Positions 1-10,324 of a stretch of 64,000 bases of DNA are shown here, piece by piece; position 1 is the first letter of the stretch, and every line of letters begins with the position of its first letter. The stretch lies in assembly GCA_905250005.1 (NCBI GenBank), contig CAJNOH010000675.1, positions 1 through 64,000 of the forward strand, read 5' to 3'. The position numbers were made by a program, and so were the translations under genes. The DNA comes from Rotaria sordida. Its lineage: Eukaryota. Below the pieces are notes generated by a model, which was given only the letters and a program-made list of their open reading frames with translations, had not been told where the DNA came from and made no database searches.

Positions 1-2334
1 CGTTATGTGCATTCCTGGTTATTCATCGGAAGATGGAATCTGTATTGCAAGCCGAGCCAGTGAACATCGCAAAAAAAATTCTTGTTAGACTGTGGTAGAT
101 AACATTCTTCGCGATCATACTATGAACCTTATGTCTGTCTGTGTGCTTCTCGAAGATCTTCATCTTCATGTGCGCCATTATTTGAACGTGTGCGAGTATC
201 CCGATGAAAGTCAAACACAAGTAAAGTCTAGAGAATGATGCAACAGGTAAAGGCAAACTATAAATAAGATGACGATGAGCTTTAACAAACGGAAATCGTG
301 CCTTTTGATTACCCAGAAAATTTCGAAAACATCTTCAAAAGGCCGGAAAATCGTCGGAATATACATCAACAGCCAGAGATCACGATAATAGCAAAGCAGA
401 TTCTTTCAGCTATATCATACATAAAGAATATCATCATAGATTGAGTCGACATTTGACATGTTTAGTAAAACATGAATTTATACATGAAGAAGGACGTATA
501 GAACAATGTGGAAGAACTATTGTGACAATTATTACACAATATTATAAAATGATTATAGAACGATCATAAGTTTTGTGAAACATTTGTTTTTTGTTCGTTC
601 AAATAAAGTTTTCGACGCAATCCCTATTGAACTAAGAAGTGAAGTACAGCGAAGTTGTTTTTCTGGTTCTCGAAGACCTTTCTATATTGAACCGTATAAA
701 ACTACAGTTATTCACAAAAACCGACGATTATTGCTTCGATTAACCTTTTAGCTGCGGGTGAGGAGAAAGCAGCAGAAGCTTCAGTCTTGAAGTCTCACGA
801 AGTGTTGCATAGCCTAAAGCCGGAGAGATCAGTCTGCGATTGAAGCAACGATAAACTATGCGTATTCTTTACAATTAGATGGAAAGAGAAGTCAAAAATA
901 ACTAAAATTATGATTAAGACCCCTGAAAAAATTGAGCGTCGTCGAAAAATCATTTTTTCAGAAAAGGCATGGTGGGATAGCACTTTTATAATAACTCTGA
1001 CTTTAAGTAATGTCCTTCTTAAAAGCGAGATGTTTGCCATAAAAGACGATTTTCTATCTAAAAATATTGTTTTTATCGAAAAAAGTCGATTTTTCTTACG
1101 GCAGTTGTTCGGCGATGCATCTTCTATAGTATTCTATCACAGCACGAGATAAAGTCAAATTTCTTTTTTCTTGTTTAAAAATTTACTTGTCCGAAAAAAA
1201 TAATTTTCTTTGAACAAACTTTGACTTTTTTCATAAAATTTCTCAGCTTTCGTGTAAAACTATTTTTTAACTTCGTGTAAAAGCAAAAAAAATTTTCAAC
1301 TGAGTTGATTAAATGTCGTTGTAGAGATACGATAAACACCAAAAAAGGAGTATTAGAAATGCACTAAGAACAAGATATAAAGTTAAAATATCTTTGTATA
1401 TATTATTAGATATACCTCAATGTTAGCACAAAGTTTCAAGACAATATAATGCTTTATTAATGAAACGATTATACAGTTGAGTAACAGTCATAATTTTCTC
1501 ATAATTTGTTAAAATAATAGATATTAACAATCTCGAAAAATGAAATATAACTTAAAAATTTCTAGAAAACAATTATTATACCCGTTATCTAGTATACTAT
1601 TATTAGGTCGTTGGTTTCAAAGATACTTTTTTATAAACGAAATCGGTACTGTTTTTTTTCCGTATTTTCTAATCGGAATCAATGGTTTAGTTGCGAATGC
1701 ATGTACATCAGTATAATTCTTGAATCAACTAAAACTCGAAATATAGGTCTTCCTTTCAAGCACATCCGCGATTTATGTCTTTGGTAAACATGTGTATTTC
1801 AGTATGCGTATTCAATGATAAGGAAATTTAAATGTTGAAATTCTTTGTTTACTGAATCTCTTTCTTGTCTAGAAATCAGATATCGATTATTACATAAGAA
1901 AGAAGCAACTCATCATTACAAATATTTCTCTATACACTTTGAAAATTTCTTAAGCAAAAATATTTCAGAACTACATGAAATTATTATATCTTTATACTTT
2001 CACTGTTGTGTTGTAATATGGTGTGTCATTCAAGGCTCTTGCGTTCTTTCTCTAATTCACTCTCTTCAACCCTTCTGTTCTTTTTCTTCTTCTTATTTAC
2101 GACATGAATCAACCTCATTCGGTTATTATTGTAGGTTAGTCGTGCAATGTTTGACATAAACTAATACTGATGTCATTTCACAATCGAGTTGAAAATTGTT
2201 GTTTTTTTTTTTTGTCTCATATAACCCTCTCTATTATAGAGCACCTTTTTTTTTTTTAATCGAATATTAGCATACATAAAAGGACTTCTTATTCTTACAG
2301 ATTCGTCGTTTTTAATAACAAGAAAAAAAAAACC

Positions 2335-2359
2335 ATGGCCGATTCAAAAGTTACTGGTG
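2335..2359 (+). CDS. MVP: major vault protein paralog A, exon 1/14 (start ATG 2335)
   Basis: ATG GCC GAT TCA AAA GTT ACT GGT G then GTAAGA donor at 2360. Joins phase-1 to exon 2, giving [28 protein letters not shown], the conserved MVP N-terminus (human [18 protein letters not shown]). Confidence 0.8.
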
Positions 2360-2418
2360 GTAAGATACATCATTGATTATTATTTAGGTTTTTTTTAATT
2401 TTATAATTGTATATTTAG

Positions 2419-2560
2419 TATACCGAATTCCTCCTTTCTATTATTTACATGTACTTGATCAAAATACAAATGTAACTCGACTTGAAGTAGGTCCAAAAAC
2501 TTTTGTTAAACAAGATCATGAAAAAGTTATACTTGGACCTGAACGCATGTTAATTATACC
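2419..2560 (+). CDS. MVP: major vault protein paralog A, exon 2
   Basis: Acceptor AG at 2417-2418 and donor GTATGT at 2561. Encodes [47 protein letters not shown], strongly MVP-like. Confidence 0.88.
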
Positions 2561-2634
2561 GTATGTTTAAAATTAGTTTTTATAATTTTTATAGTATTTA
2601 TTCATTTTTTTTTACTATATTATAATCTATATAG

Positions 2635-2918
2635 TCCACGTCATTATGCTGTTATTGAAAATCCAGCTGTTCGAGATAAAAATGGCAAAGTTGTTATAGA
2701 TAGAAATGGTCAAGTTAAATTACTTCATTCAGATGTTGATATTCGTTTTGCACAAGAACCATTTCCACTTTATCCAGGAGAAATTCTTAAACAAGCTGTA
2801 ACACCATTAAAAGTTATTGAACCTAATTGTGCTTTACGTCTTCGTGCTGTTCTTGATTTTATTAATGATCAAGATGAACAAATTCGAGCTGGTGATGAAT
2901 TTCTTTTTCAAGGACCTG
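2635..2918 (+). CDS. MVP: major vault protein paralog A, exon 3
   Basis: Acceptor tatag|TCCACG and donor GTATAA at 2919. Encodes PRHYAVIENPAVRDKNGKVVIDRNGQVKLLHSDVDIRFAQEPFPLYPGEILKQAVTPLKVIEPNCALRLRAVLDFINDQDEQIRAGDEFLFQGPG, matching human MVP repeats 1-2. Confidence 0.88.
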
Positions 2919-2977
2919 GTATAAAATAATTCTATATGTAATAATCATTTGCAAAATCTTATCTTATTTTTTAATAG

Positions 2978-3204
2978 GAACATATTTTCCACGTAAAGAA
3001 GTTAGTGTTGAAGAACAAGTTAAAGCTGTTATTCTTAAACCTAATGAAGCTGTTCGTTTACGTGCTAAAAAAGAAATGACAGATCGAGATGGTATCGAAC
3101 GAGAAACTGGTGAAGAATGGCTTAATCGAACCGTTGGTTCCTATTTGCCATTAGCCTATGAAGAAGTTGTCTCGACTGTCACAGCTTATGTACTTACTGA
3201 TAAA
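2978..3204 (+). CDS. MVP: major vault protein paralog A, exon 4
   Basis: Encodes [75 protein letters not shown]. Phase is consistent and the donor is GTATGA at 3205. Confidence 0.88.
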
Positions 3205-3260
3205 GTATGATATTTTTTAATCTATAAGATATCATTATAATCATATATTTATGTTTTCAG

Positions 3261-3386
3261 AAAGCTCTTCATGTTCGTGCATTACGTACATTTACTGATG
3301 CATTCAAACGTAGACGTCTTCATGGAGAAGAATGGTTAGTATATGTAAATGATGCTGAAACATATATCCCTGATGTATATGAAGAA
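3261..3386 (+). CDS. MVP: major vault protein paralog A, exon 5
   Basis: Encodes KALHVRALRTFTDAFKRRRLHGEEWLVYVNDAETYIPDVYEE; the donor is GTAGGT at 3387. Confidence 0.85.
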
Positions 3387-3476
3387 GTAGGTTAACTTTT
3401 TTTGTTTGTTTGTTTGTTTGTTTGTTTTGTCGAATAGAAAGAAAAAGAAACTTAATAAAATAATATTTACACATAG

Positions 3477-3587
3477 GTTGTTGGTGTTGTAACAGTAACA
3501 GTATTAAATTCTCGTCAATATTGTGTTATTCTTGATCCAGTTGATTCCGATGGTAAACCTCAACTTGGAAGGAAAAAACTTGTTAAA
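3477..3587 (+). CDS. MVP: major vault protein paralog A, exon 6
   Basis: Encodes [37 protein letters not shown] (human [24 protein letters not shown]); the donor is GTATAA at 3588. Confidence 0.85.
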
Positions 3588-3648
3588 GTATAAATAAAAT
3601 TAGATTTTATATAAATAGAAAAAAACAAAGAAACTTTTTTTTTTTCAG

Positions 3649-3771
3649 GGTGAAAAAACATTTTTTCTTCAACCTGGTGAAAAATTAGCTAAAGGTATTC
3701 AAGATGTATATGTTCTTGAAGAAGATGAAGGTCTTATTCTTCGTTGTACAGAATCATTTAAAGAAGATGGA
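3649..3771 (+). CDS. MVP: major vault protein paralog A, exon 7
   Basis: Encodes [41 protein letters not shown] (human [26 protein letters not shown]); the donor is GTAAGT at 3772. Confidence 0.88.
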
Positions 3772-3831
3772 GTAAGTTTTATTATTTTTTTTCGAAAAAC
3801 AAAAAAAAAAAATTCTTTTCTATTCAAATAG

Positions 3832-4419
3832 AAAGTTTTACGTAATCCTGGTGATCGTTGGATGGTTCGAGGTCCAAAAGATTATATACCAGCTGTTGAA
3901 GCAGAAGTTGTTCTACGACGTAAAGCTATTCCATTAGATATTAATGAAGGAATTTATGTTCGTGATGTTAAAACTGGTAAAATACGTTCAGTTATTGGTA
4001 GTACATATTTATTAACTGAAAATGAAGAACTTTGGGAAAAAGATTTACCAACACAAGTTGAACAATTACTTGTATTAGATGCAAGACATTTTGAAGATAA
4101 ATCTAATACATCATATGTTATTCCACCAAGAGATAAATCAAAAGTTGTTAATTATCGTGTACCACATAATGCTGCTGTACAAATATATGATTTTAAATCT
4201 AAAAAATCACGTATTGTTTTTGGTCCTGAACTTGTTATACTTGGACCAGATGAACAATTTACAGTATTAAATTTATCTGGTGAAAAACCTAAAGTACCAA
4301 ATAAAATTCGAGCAATATGTCTTTTAATGGGACCAGAATTTTCAAGTGATATTGTTACTATTGAATCAAGTGATCATGCTCGTCTTTCACTTAGACTTTC
4401 ATATAATTGGCATTTTGAC
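3832..4419 (+). CDS. MVP: major vault protein paralog A, exon 8
   Basis: Contains track ORF 3862-4431, including [27 protein letters not shown]...[42 protein letters not shown]...[16 protein letters not shown]. The donor is GTAAGA at 4420. Confidence 0.9.
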
Positions 4420-4484
4420 GTAAGAAAATAAAATAAAAAGATTTTATTTGATTTTAACATATTTAATTTCTTTTTTTCTTCAAG

Positions 4485-4799
4485 GTTAAAGATCGTAATG
4501 ATATTAAAGAAGTTGCAAAACTTTTTTCTGTTCCTGATTTTATTGGAGATTTTTGTAAAGCTGTTGCTGCAAAAATTCGTGGTGCTGTTGCTGGTATTTC
4601 ATTTGATGATTTTCATAAGAATTCAGCAAAAATTATTCGTGCATCTGTATTTGGTCTTGATGAAAATAAACGTGTTAATAATCGTCTTTTATTTCCACAA
4701 AATAGTTTAGTTTTAACTTCAATTGATATTCAAAGTGTTGAACCAGTTGATCAACGAACACGTGATGCACTTCAAAAGAGTGTTCAATTAGCTATTGAA
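4485..4799 (+). CDS. MVP: major vault protein paralog A, exon 9
   Basis: Encodes [64 protein letters not shown]...[23 protein letters not shown], the shoulder domain, nearly identical to human MVP. Confidence 0.9.
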
Positions 4800-4855
4800 G
4801 TAAGAAGATCAATCAATTGATATTTTATTATAACTAATATAAATGAATTCTTTAG

Positions 4856-4887
4856 ATTACAACAAATTCTCAAGAAGCTCAAGCAAA
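4856..4887 (+). CDS. MVP: major vault protein paralog A, exon 10 (micro-exon)
   Basis: Encodes [11 protein letters not shown] (human [11 protein letters not shown]). Flanked by acceptor tttag| and donor GTAAGA at 4888. Confidence 0.8.
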
Positions 4888-4949
4888 GTAAGAAAATAAT
4901 TTGATAGAAATATAATAAAATAAATAATTATTTTTAAATATTCTTTTAG

Positions 4950-5023
4950 ACATACAGCTTCAAGAATAGAACAAGAAGCAAAAGGTCATTTAGAAAGACA
5001 AAAGATTGCTGATGAAGCTGAAG
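4950..5023 (+). CDS. MVP: major vault protein paralog A, exon 11
   Basis: Encodes (K)HTASRIEQEAKGHLERQKIADEAE (human [26 protein letters not shown]). Confidence 0.85.
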
Positions 5024-5089
5024 GTAAAATTTATTTTTCTTGTTTAAAGAATTTTTTTTATACGATGTTTTTTTTTTGTTTTTGTTTAG

Positions 5090-5224
5090 CCGAAAAGGAA
5101 CGTCGAAAGTTATTACAACTTCAAGCTGACTCATCAGCTGTTGAATCAACTGGTCAATCACGTGCTGAAGCTCAATCAAGAGCTGAAGCTGCTAAAATTG
5201 AGGGTGAATCTGCTGTTGAACAAG
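5090..5224 (+). CDS. MVP: major vault protein paralog A, exon 12
   Basis: Encodes [45 protein letters not shown], the cap-helix domain. Confidence 0.88.
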
Positions 5225-5287
5225 GTAAAAATAAATATTATTTATTATTACATCGTAAATTAATTTTGTTTTTTTTTTTCATATTAG

Positions 5288-5511
5288 CTACACTTCGTTC
5301 TAAAGCAGCAAAAATCGAAGCTGATATTGAACTTTATCGTTTAACACAAGCACGTGAATTAGAATTAAATTATTCAAAAATGACAGCTGATCTAGAAATT
5401 GATAAAGCTAAACGATTAGCTGAAGTTGAAATAAACGAATTTAAAGAACATGTTAGTGCTATTGGACCAAAAACAATTCAAGCTATTGCTACTAGTGGAC
5501 CAGATAATCAA
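5288..5511 (+). CDS. MVP: major vault protein paralog A, exon 13
   Basis: Encodes ATLRSKAAKIEADIELYRLTQARELELNYSKMTADLEIDKAKRLAEVEINEFKEHVSAIGPKTIQAIATSGPDNQ. Confidence 0.88.
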
Positions 5512-5560
5512 GTAAATTTTCTATTTTTGTTTAATAAAAAAAAACTTTCATTATTTTTAG

Positions 5561-5680
5561 GTTAAACTTCTTCAAGCTCTTGGTATTAAATCAACATTAA
5601 TTACGGATGGACGTAGTCCAATTAATCTTTTTAATACAGCTGTTGATTTAGTTGGATCAACAACTGTACAACAACATTAA
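5561..5680 (+). CDS. MVP: major vault protein paralog A, exon 14 (stop TAA 5678-5680)
   Basis: Encodes [39 protein letters not shown] (human [27 protein letters not shown]). An AATAAA lies about 150 nt downstream. Confidence 0.88.
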   Translation, partial: VKLLQALGIKSTLITDGRSPINLFNTAVDLVGSTTVQQH

Positions 5681-6915
5681 GCACTCACGTACGATAAAAC
5701 AAATTAAAATAATATTGACTTGAGTGCAGTCAGATTTTAAAAAACAAACCCGAACACTCTATTATCACATTTATTTGGTTTTATGTATTTGTATAACGTA
5801 TAGAAATTTTTTTTTTATCATAATTATCAACAATAAAATATCATAAGAATTAGTATTCTTTGACAAAAAAAAAAATAAGCAATTCAAACTGACTAAATTT
5901 GCACTTGAAAATAGCATTAGTTTCAAGGTAAAAGAAAATTATAATCGTTATTTTTAATCAAAGAAAATAAATGCATAATCATTCGAAATGACTATCTATT
6001 GACAGGTAACATAAAACATAAAAGCAGTTAGTAAACAAAAATAAGAAAAACAAATGACCTTGTATTTATAAAGGAAAAATTGAAATATTGTCAAGTGCAA
6101 AAAACACATATGTCACATAAAAATTTTATTATCCTTATTCAAGGTAAAATGCATTAACCTACGAAAAAAAAAATTTTTAGTACTATCAAGATGACATTAA
6201 ATTACGAAATAAGATATCATCCCGTCGGTTCCGATGCAAACAAATATCAAAAAACATAGAGAGAAAAAAAAAATTGTCCCAATCGAAACTAAAGATTACA
6301 GTTTAAATCCACAAAATCAAATATTCATGAATTTTTTTTACATATGATACAAATCCATTTTTCTAGACCGAAACCAAAAAAATAAATCTCTGTGCTTCAC
6401 ATCTTTAATCGTACGACTATTAAGACAAGAACCAAGTCATTTAACTCAAATCATCCTTCACAAAATTCCTACCGGTAAACTATGGCTGTTAGCAAAAACA
6501 AAAGAAACAACAAAGAATGCCTACTACACTTATGTCGTGGGAGGCAACAACGGAAACTTCAGATTTGAACTTCTATGAATCGACATGAGCAAAACAATAT
6601 AAAGTTCCTCTCAAGTTTTACACGATTATAAAAAGTATCGTTCCCAATGAAAAAGTATTGATCGTGATCCTAGAACCATCTTGCCTATATCTACCTATGA
6701 AATTTTTTTTTTTAATATTTATCATATAATTTTATCGACATCTTCATAAAACTTTTAACTTTAGAATAGAAAATTAAATTGATATAAAATTGTTCATTAT
6801 ATTTATTATTCTTACATAAGTATTTTAAAAAGAAATCAAACTAAGTGTATATAAAAATATAACGCCAACACACATATGAATAAAGGACGAATTAATTTTT
6901 CGAATGTTTTTTTAT

Positions 6916-7316
6916 CTATTCATTGTCTTCGACATGATAATTGTTTGAAGCTGTTGTTGATGATCGTAATGTTTTATTTGTATTTCCAGTTAAACCACCT
7001 AAAAGACCTTGTCCAAATCCCATAAGATTAATTGGTGTACGACCATCAGTAACTAACATTGATTGAAGACCAAGTGCTTGTAAAAGTTTAACTTGTGTAT
7101 CGGGACCAGATGTAGCAATAGCTTGTATTGTTGATGGACCAATTGATTCAACTTGTAATTTAAATTTATCTGTTTCAATTCTTGACATTTCAGATTTTTT
7201 ATTTATTTCTAATTCATTTTGTTCACGTAAAAATTTAATTTCAGCTTCACGTGCTAATTTTAAACGTGATAATTCAGCTTCAGCTTCAATTCGTGTTGCT
7301 TCAGATTTAAGACGAG
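6916..7316 (-). CDS. MVP: major vault protein paralog B, exon 9 (stop TAG 6918-6916)
   Basis: Encodes [108 protein letters not shown]...HVEDNE*, track ORF 6916-7326. Confidence 0.88.
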
Positions 7317-7364
7317 CTATATTCAAAAGAAAGAAAAAATTTATGTTTTTTTTTTAGACATTTA

Positions 7365-7367
7365 ATA

Positions 7368-7390
<23 letters not shown>
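7365..7390. repeat. (AT)n microsatellite followed by T-run, in MVP-B intron 8
   Basis: atatatatatatatatatatatatat followed by 21 T. Confidence 0.9.
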
Positions 7391-7398
<8 letters not shown>

Positions 7399-7405
7399 TT
7401 TGTAC

Positions 7406-7646
7406 CTTGATCAACAGCAGCTTCTCCTTCAATTCGAGCTGATTCAGCACGACTTTGTGCTTCAGCTTTAGCTTGACCTGTTGATTCAACAGCAGCTGAT
7501 AAAGCTTGTAAGTCAAGAAGTTGTCTTCGAACTTCTTCAGCTTCAGCTTCATCTTTAATACGTTGACGTTCTAATAAACCTTTAGCTTCTTGTTCACGAC
7601 GTGAAGCTTCATGTTTAGCTGCAGCTTCTTGTGAATTTGTTGTTAT
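7406..7646 (-). CDS. MVP: major vault protein paralog B, exon 8
   Basis: Encodes [80 protein letters not shown]. The downstream intron contains a (TA)n run. Confidence 0.85.
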
Positions 7647-7711
7647 CTAAAGAATTCATTCGTGTTTTTTTATTTATTTATTTATAATCAATTGAATATT
7701 TATTATCTTAC

Positions 7712-8040
7712 TTCAATAGCTAATTGAACACTCTTTTGAAGTGCATCACGTGTACGTTGATCAACTGGTTCAACACTTTGAATATCAATTGATGTAATAA
7801 CGAGATTATTTTGTGGAAAAACAAATTGATCTCGTATACGTTGATTAGCATCGAGACCAAATACAGATGCACGAATAATTTGAGCGGAATTCTTATGAAA
7901 ATCATCAAATTGTGTTCCAGCAACAGCACCACGAACACGTGATGCAATAGCTTTAGCTGCATCACCAACAAAATCAGGAACTGAAAAAAGTTTTGCAGCT
8001 TCTTTTTCATCTTTTATATCATTAACTTCGAAATGCCAAT
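7712..8040 (-). CDS. MVP: major vault protein paralog B, exon 7
   Basis: Encodes [110 protein letters not shown]. Confidence 0.88.
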
Positions 8041-8102
8041 CTAATTAAATAAATGAAAAAAGGACATAAAAAAAATTTTTAAAAATTCAAAAATAAATTT
8101 AC

Positions 8103-8695
8103 TATATGAAAGTTGAAGTGAAAGACGAGCATGATCAGCTGTTTCAATAACAATAACATCAGTAAAAAAATCTGGACCAAGAAGTAAACAAAGTGTTTGA
8201 ATTTGATTTGGTTTTTTTGGTACAGTACCACTCAATGAAAGTAATGTAAAATGTTCATCAGGACCAAGCATAACAAGTTCAGGACCAAAAATAATACGTG
8301 CTTTTTTAGATTTAAAATCATATATTTGTACACAAGCATTATGTGGTACACGATAAGTAATTAATTTTGATTTATCACGTTTTGTTGTACTTGATTTTGA
8401 ACTTGTTGCTTGTGTAGTTGTTGTTGTTTGTTGTTGTTGTTGAGATTTATCTGATACTTGATTACGTGTTGGAACATTTCGTTCAGCTAATGGATCACGT
8501 GTAAGTAAATCTTCAACTTGTTTAGGTAATTCTTTTTGCCAAAGTTCTTCATCTTGTGTTAACATATAAGTTTCACCAATAACAGCTCGTACACGACCTG
8601 TTTTTATATCACGTACATAAATACCTTCATTTTCATCTAAAGGCATTGCTTTTCGACGTGTAACAACTTCAACTTGTGTTGGAGGAATATATTCA
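8103..8695 (-). CDS. MVP: major vault protein paralog B, exon 6 (contains Q/T/S-rich insertion)
   Basis: Encodes [57 protein letters not shown]...[76 protein letters not shown]...[12 protein letters not shown], track ORF 8041-8763. Confidence 0.88.
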
Positions 8696-8753
8696 CTATA
8701 ATAAAAATAAATAAATAAATAAAAATTCTTGATATTAAAAATCAATCTCTTAC

Positions 8754-8938
8754 GTTGGACCACGAATCATCCATCGATCACCAGGATTTCGATCTGTACC
8801 AGCTTGTTCATCAGTAAATGCTTCAATACATTTAAGAATAACACCTTCATCTTCACCTAATATATAAACATCTTGAATACCATTTTCAAGTTTTTCACCT
8901 GGTTGAAGAAAAAATGATTTTTCACCAACAATAAGTTT
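8754..8938 (-). CDS. MVP: major vault protein paralog B, exon 5
   Basis: Encodes [62 protein letters not shown]; the donor is GTAAGA. Confidence 0.85.
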
Positions 8939-9182
8939 CTAAAAACAAACAAAAAAAACGATATAATGACTATTGCTAATCAATCAAAGATTGTTTCTTA
9001 TTGATTTAGAGATATAAATCAATCGGTTAAGCCACTGTGGTTGTCGTACACCACAAAAATAGATATTTGATTTTTCTCTTTTTAAATTCTCGATGTCTCA
9101 ATTTAATCATCATCTCTTTCTGTAATAACTCAATATTTCTTTTAGATCATATTTCATAAAATAAAATTTAATTATGACAAAC

Positions 9183-9449
9183 CTTTTTTCCTAATTGTGG
9201 TTTTCCATTAGCAACTGGATCAAGAATAACACAATATTGACGTGAATTAAGTGTTATTACATCAACAACAGCAACTAATTGTTCATAAACACTAAGTGTA
9301 TGTGTTTCAGTATCATTAAGTGTAACAAGCCATTCTTCACCATTCATACGTTTTTTACCAAAATCATCTGTAAAAGTTTTTAATGCACGTAAATGAAGAG
9401 CTTTTTTATCTGTTAAAACATGTGCATTTTCAACAGTGACAACTGTTTC
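9183..9449 (-). CDS. MVP: major vault protein paralog B, exon 4
   Basis: Encodes [89 protein letters not shown]. This stretch is split by two extra introns in paralog A. Confidence 0.85.
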
Positions 9450-9518
9450 CTAGAAAATATTTCGATTAATAAAATAAAATAAAATATCTCGAAAAAAAAA
9501 AATAATAATTTAATTTAC

Positions 9519-9827
9519 ATATGCAAGTGGTAAATAAGCACCAGTTTTTTTCACTAACCATTCTTCACCAGTAACACGTCGTTGACCTGTACGATCAATA
9601 ATTTCTTTTTTTGCACATAAACGAATAGCTTGATTAGAACCAATAACAGTTGCACGAATTTGTTCTTCTACACTAACTTCTTTTCGTGGAATATATGTTG
9701 CTGGTCCTTCAAATAACCATTCATCACCAGCACGACGTTGTTCTTTTGTTATTTCATCATCAAAATCAAGTACAGCTTTTAAACGTAATGCTGAATTAGC
9801 TGGTACAACTTTTAAAGGGGTAACTGG
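9519..9827 (-). CDS. MVP: major vault protein paralog B, exon 3
   Basis: Encodes [103 protein letters not shown]. Matches track ORF 9510-9839. Confidence 0.88.
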
Positions 9828-9896
9828 CTGAAAAATCAAAAATAATAATAATAATAATATGAGAAAATATCGACTTGTTTTTTTTTTGTTTCATAC

Positions 9897-10065
9897 TTGA
9901 CGAAGAATTTCTCCAGGATAAAGTGGAAATGGTGATTGATCAGGTTGTGCAAGACGAATATCTAAATCAGCATGAACAAGTTTAGCTTGACCATTTACAT
10001 CATATTGAACTTCTCCAGCTTCATTACGTACAACAGGTGATTCAACAACACAATAATGACGTGGC
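9897..10065 (-). CDS. MVP: major vault protein paralog B, exon 2
   Basis: Encodes PRHYCVVESPVVRNEAGEVQYDVNGQAKLVHADLDIRLAQPDQSPFPLYPGEILRQ. Flanked by acceptor ctag| and donor GTATGA. Confidence 0.85.
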
Positions 10066-10130
10066 CTAGATAAATAATTTATAATTTCTTTTTTGTTTTG
10101 TTTTTTTTCTTTTAAAACAAATTTACGTAC

Positions 10131-10324
10131 GGTACTGTAATCATTTTTTCTGGTCCAATTGTAACTGTTTCATTGTCTTGTTTAATAAATGTTTTTGGAC
10201 CAACTTCAAGTCGTGTAACATTTGTATTTTGATCCAAAACATGTATATAATGATAAGGTGGTATACGATACAATGGACCTGCACCACTTTTATTGGCAGA
10301 TGTAGTCGAAGTTGATGGATTCAT
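10131..10324 (-). CDS. MVP: major vault protein paralog B, exon 1/9 (start ATG 10324-10322)
   Basis: Encodes [65 protein letters not shown]. The donor GTACGT is at 10130-10125 on the minus strand. Confidence 0.88.

Noticed and set aside
1-800. GC-richer left edge with short ORFs (23-256 minus; a + frame reading CIPGYSSEDGICIAS resembling the end of an EGF-like module)
   Set aside because: Too short and lacking splice-consistent neighbours to call. It could be the last exon fragment of a gene lying mostly outside the window, or TE debris.
4079-4710. Track ORFs 4079-4270 and 4498-4710 (+) inside the MVP-A gene
   Set aside because: Alternative frames of MVP exons 8 and 9. The translations are low-complexity (L/I/N/K-rich), whereas the in-frame reading gives conserved MVP sequence.
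7307-8010. Track ORFs 7307-7552 and 7720-8010 (-)
   Set aside because: The wrong frame and intron read-through of MVP-B exons 7-9. The modelled exons give conserved MVP sequence in a different frame.
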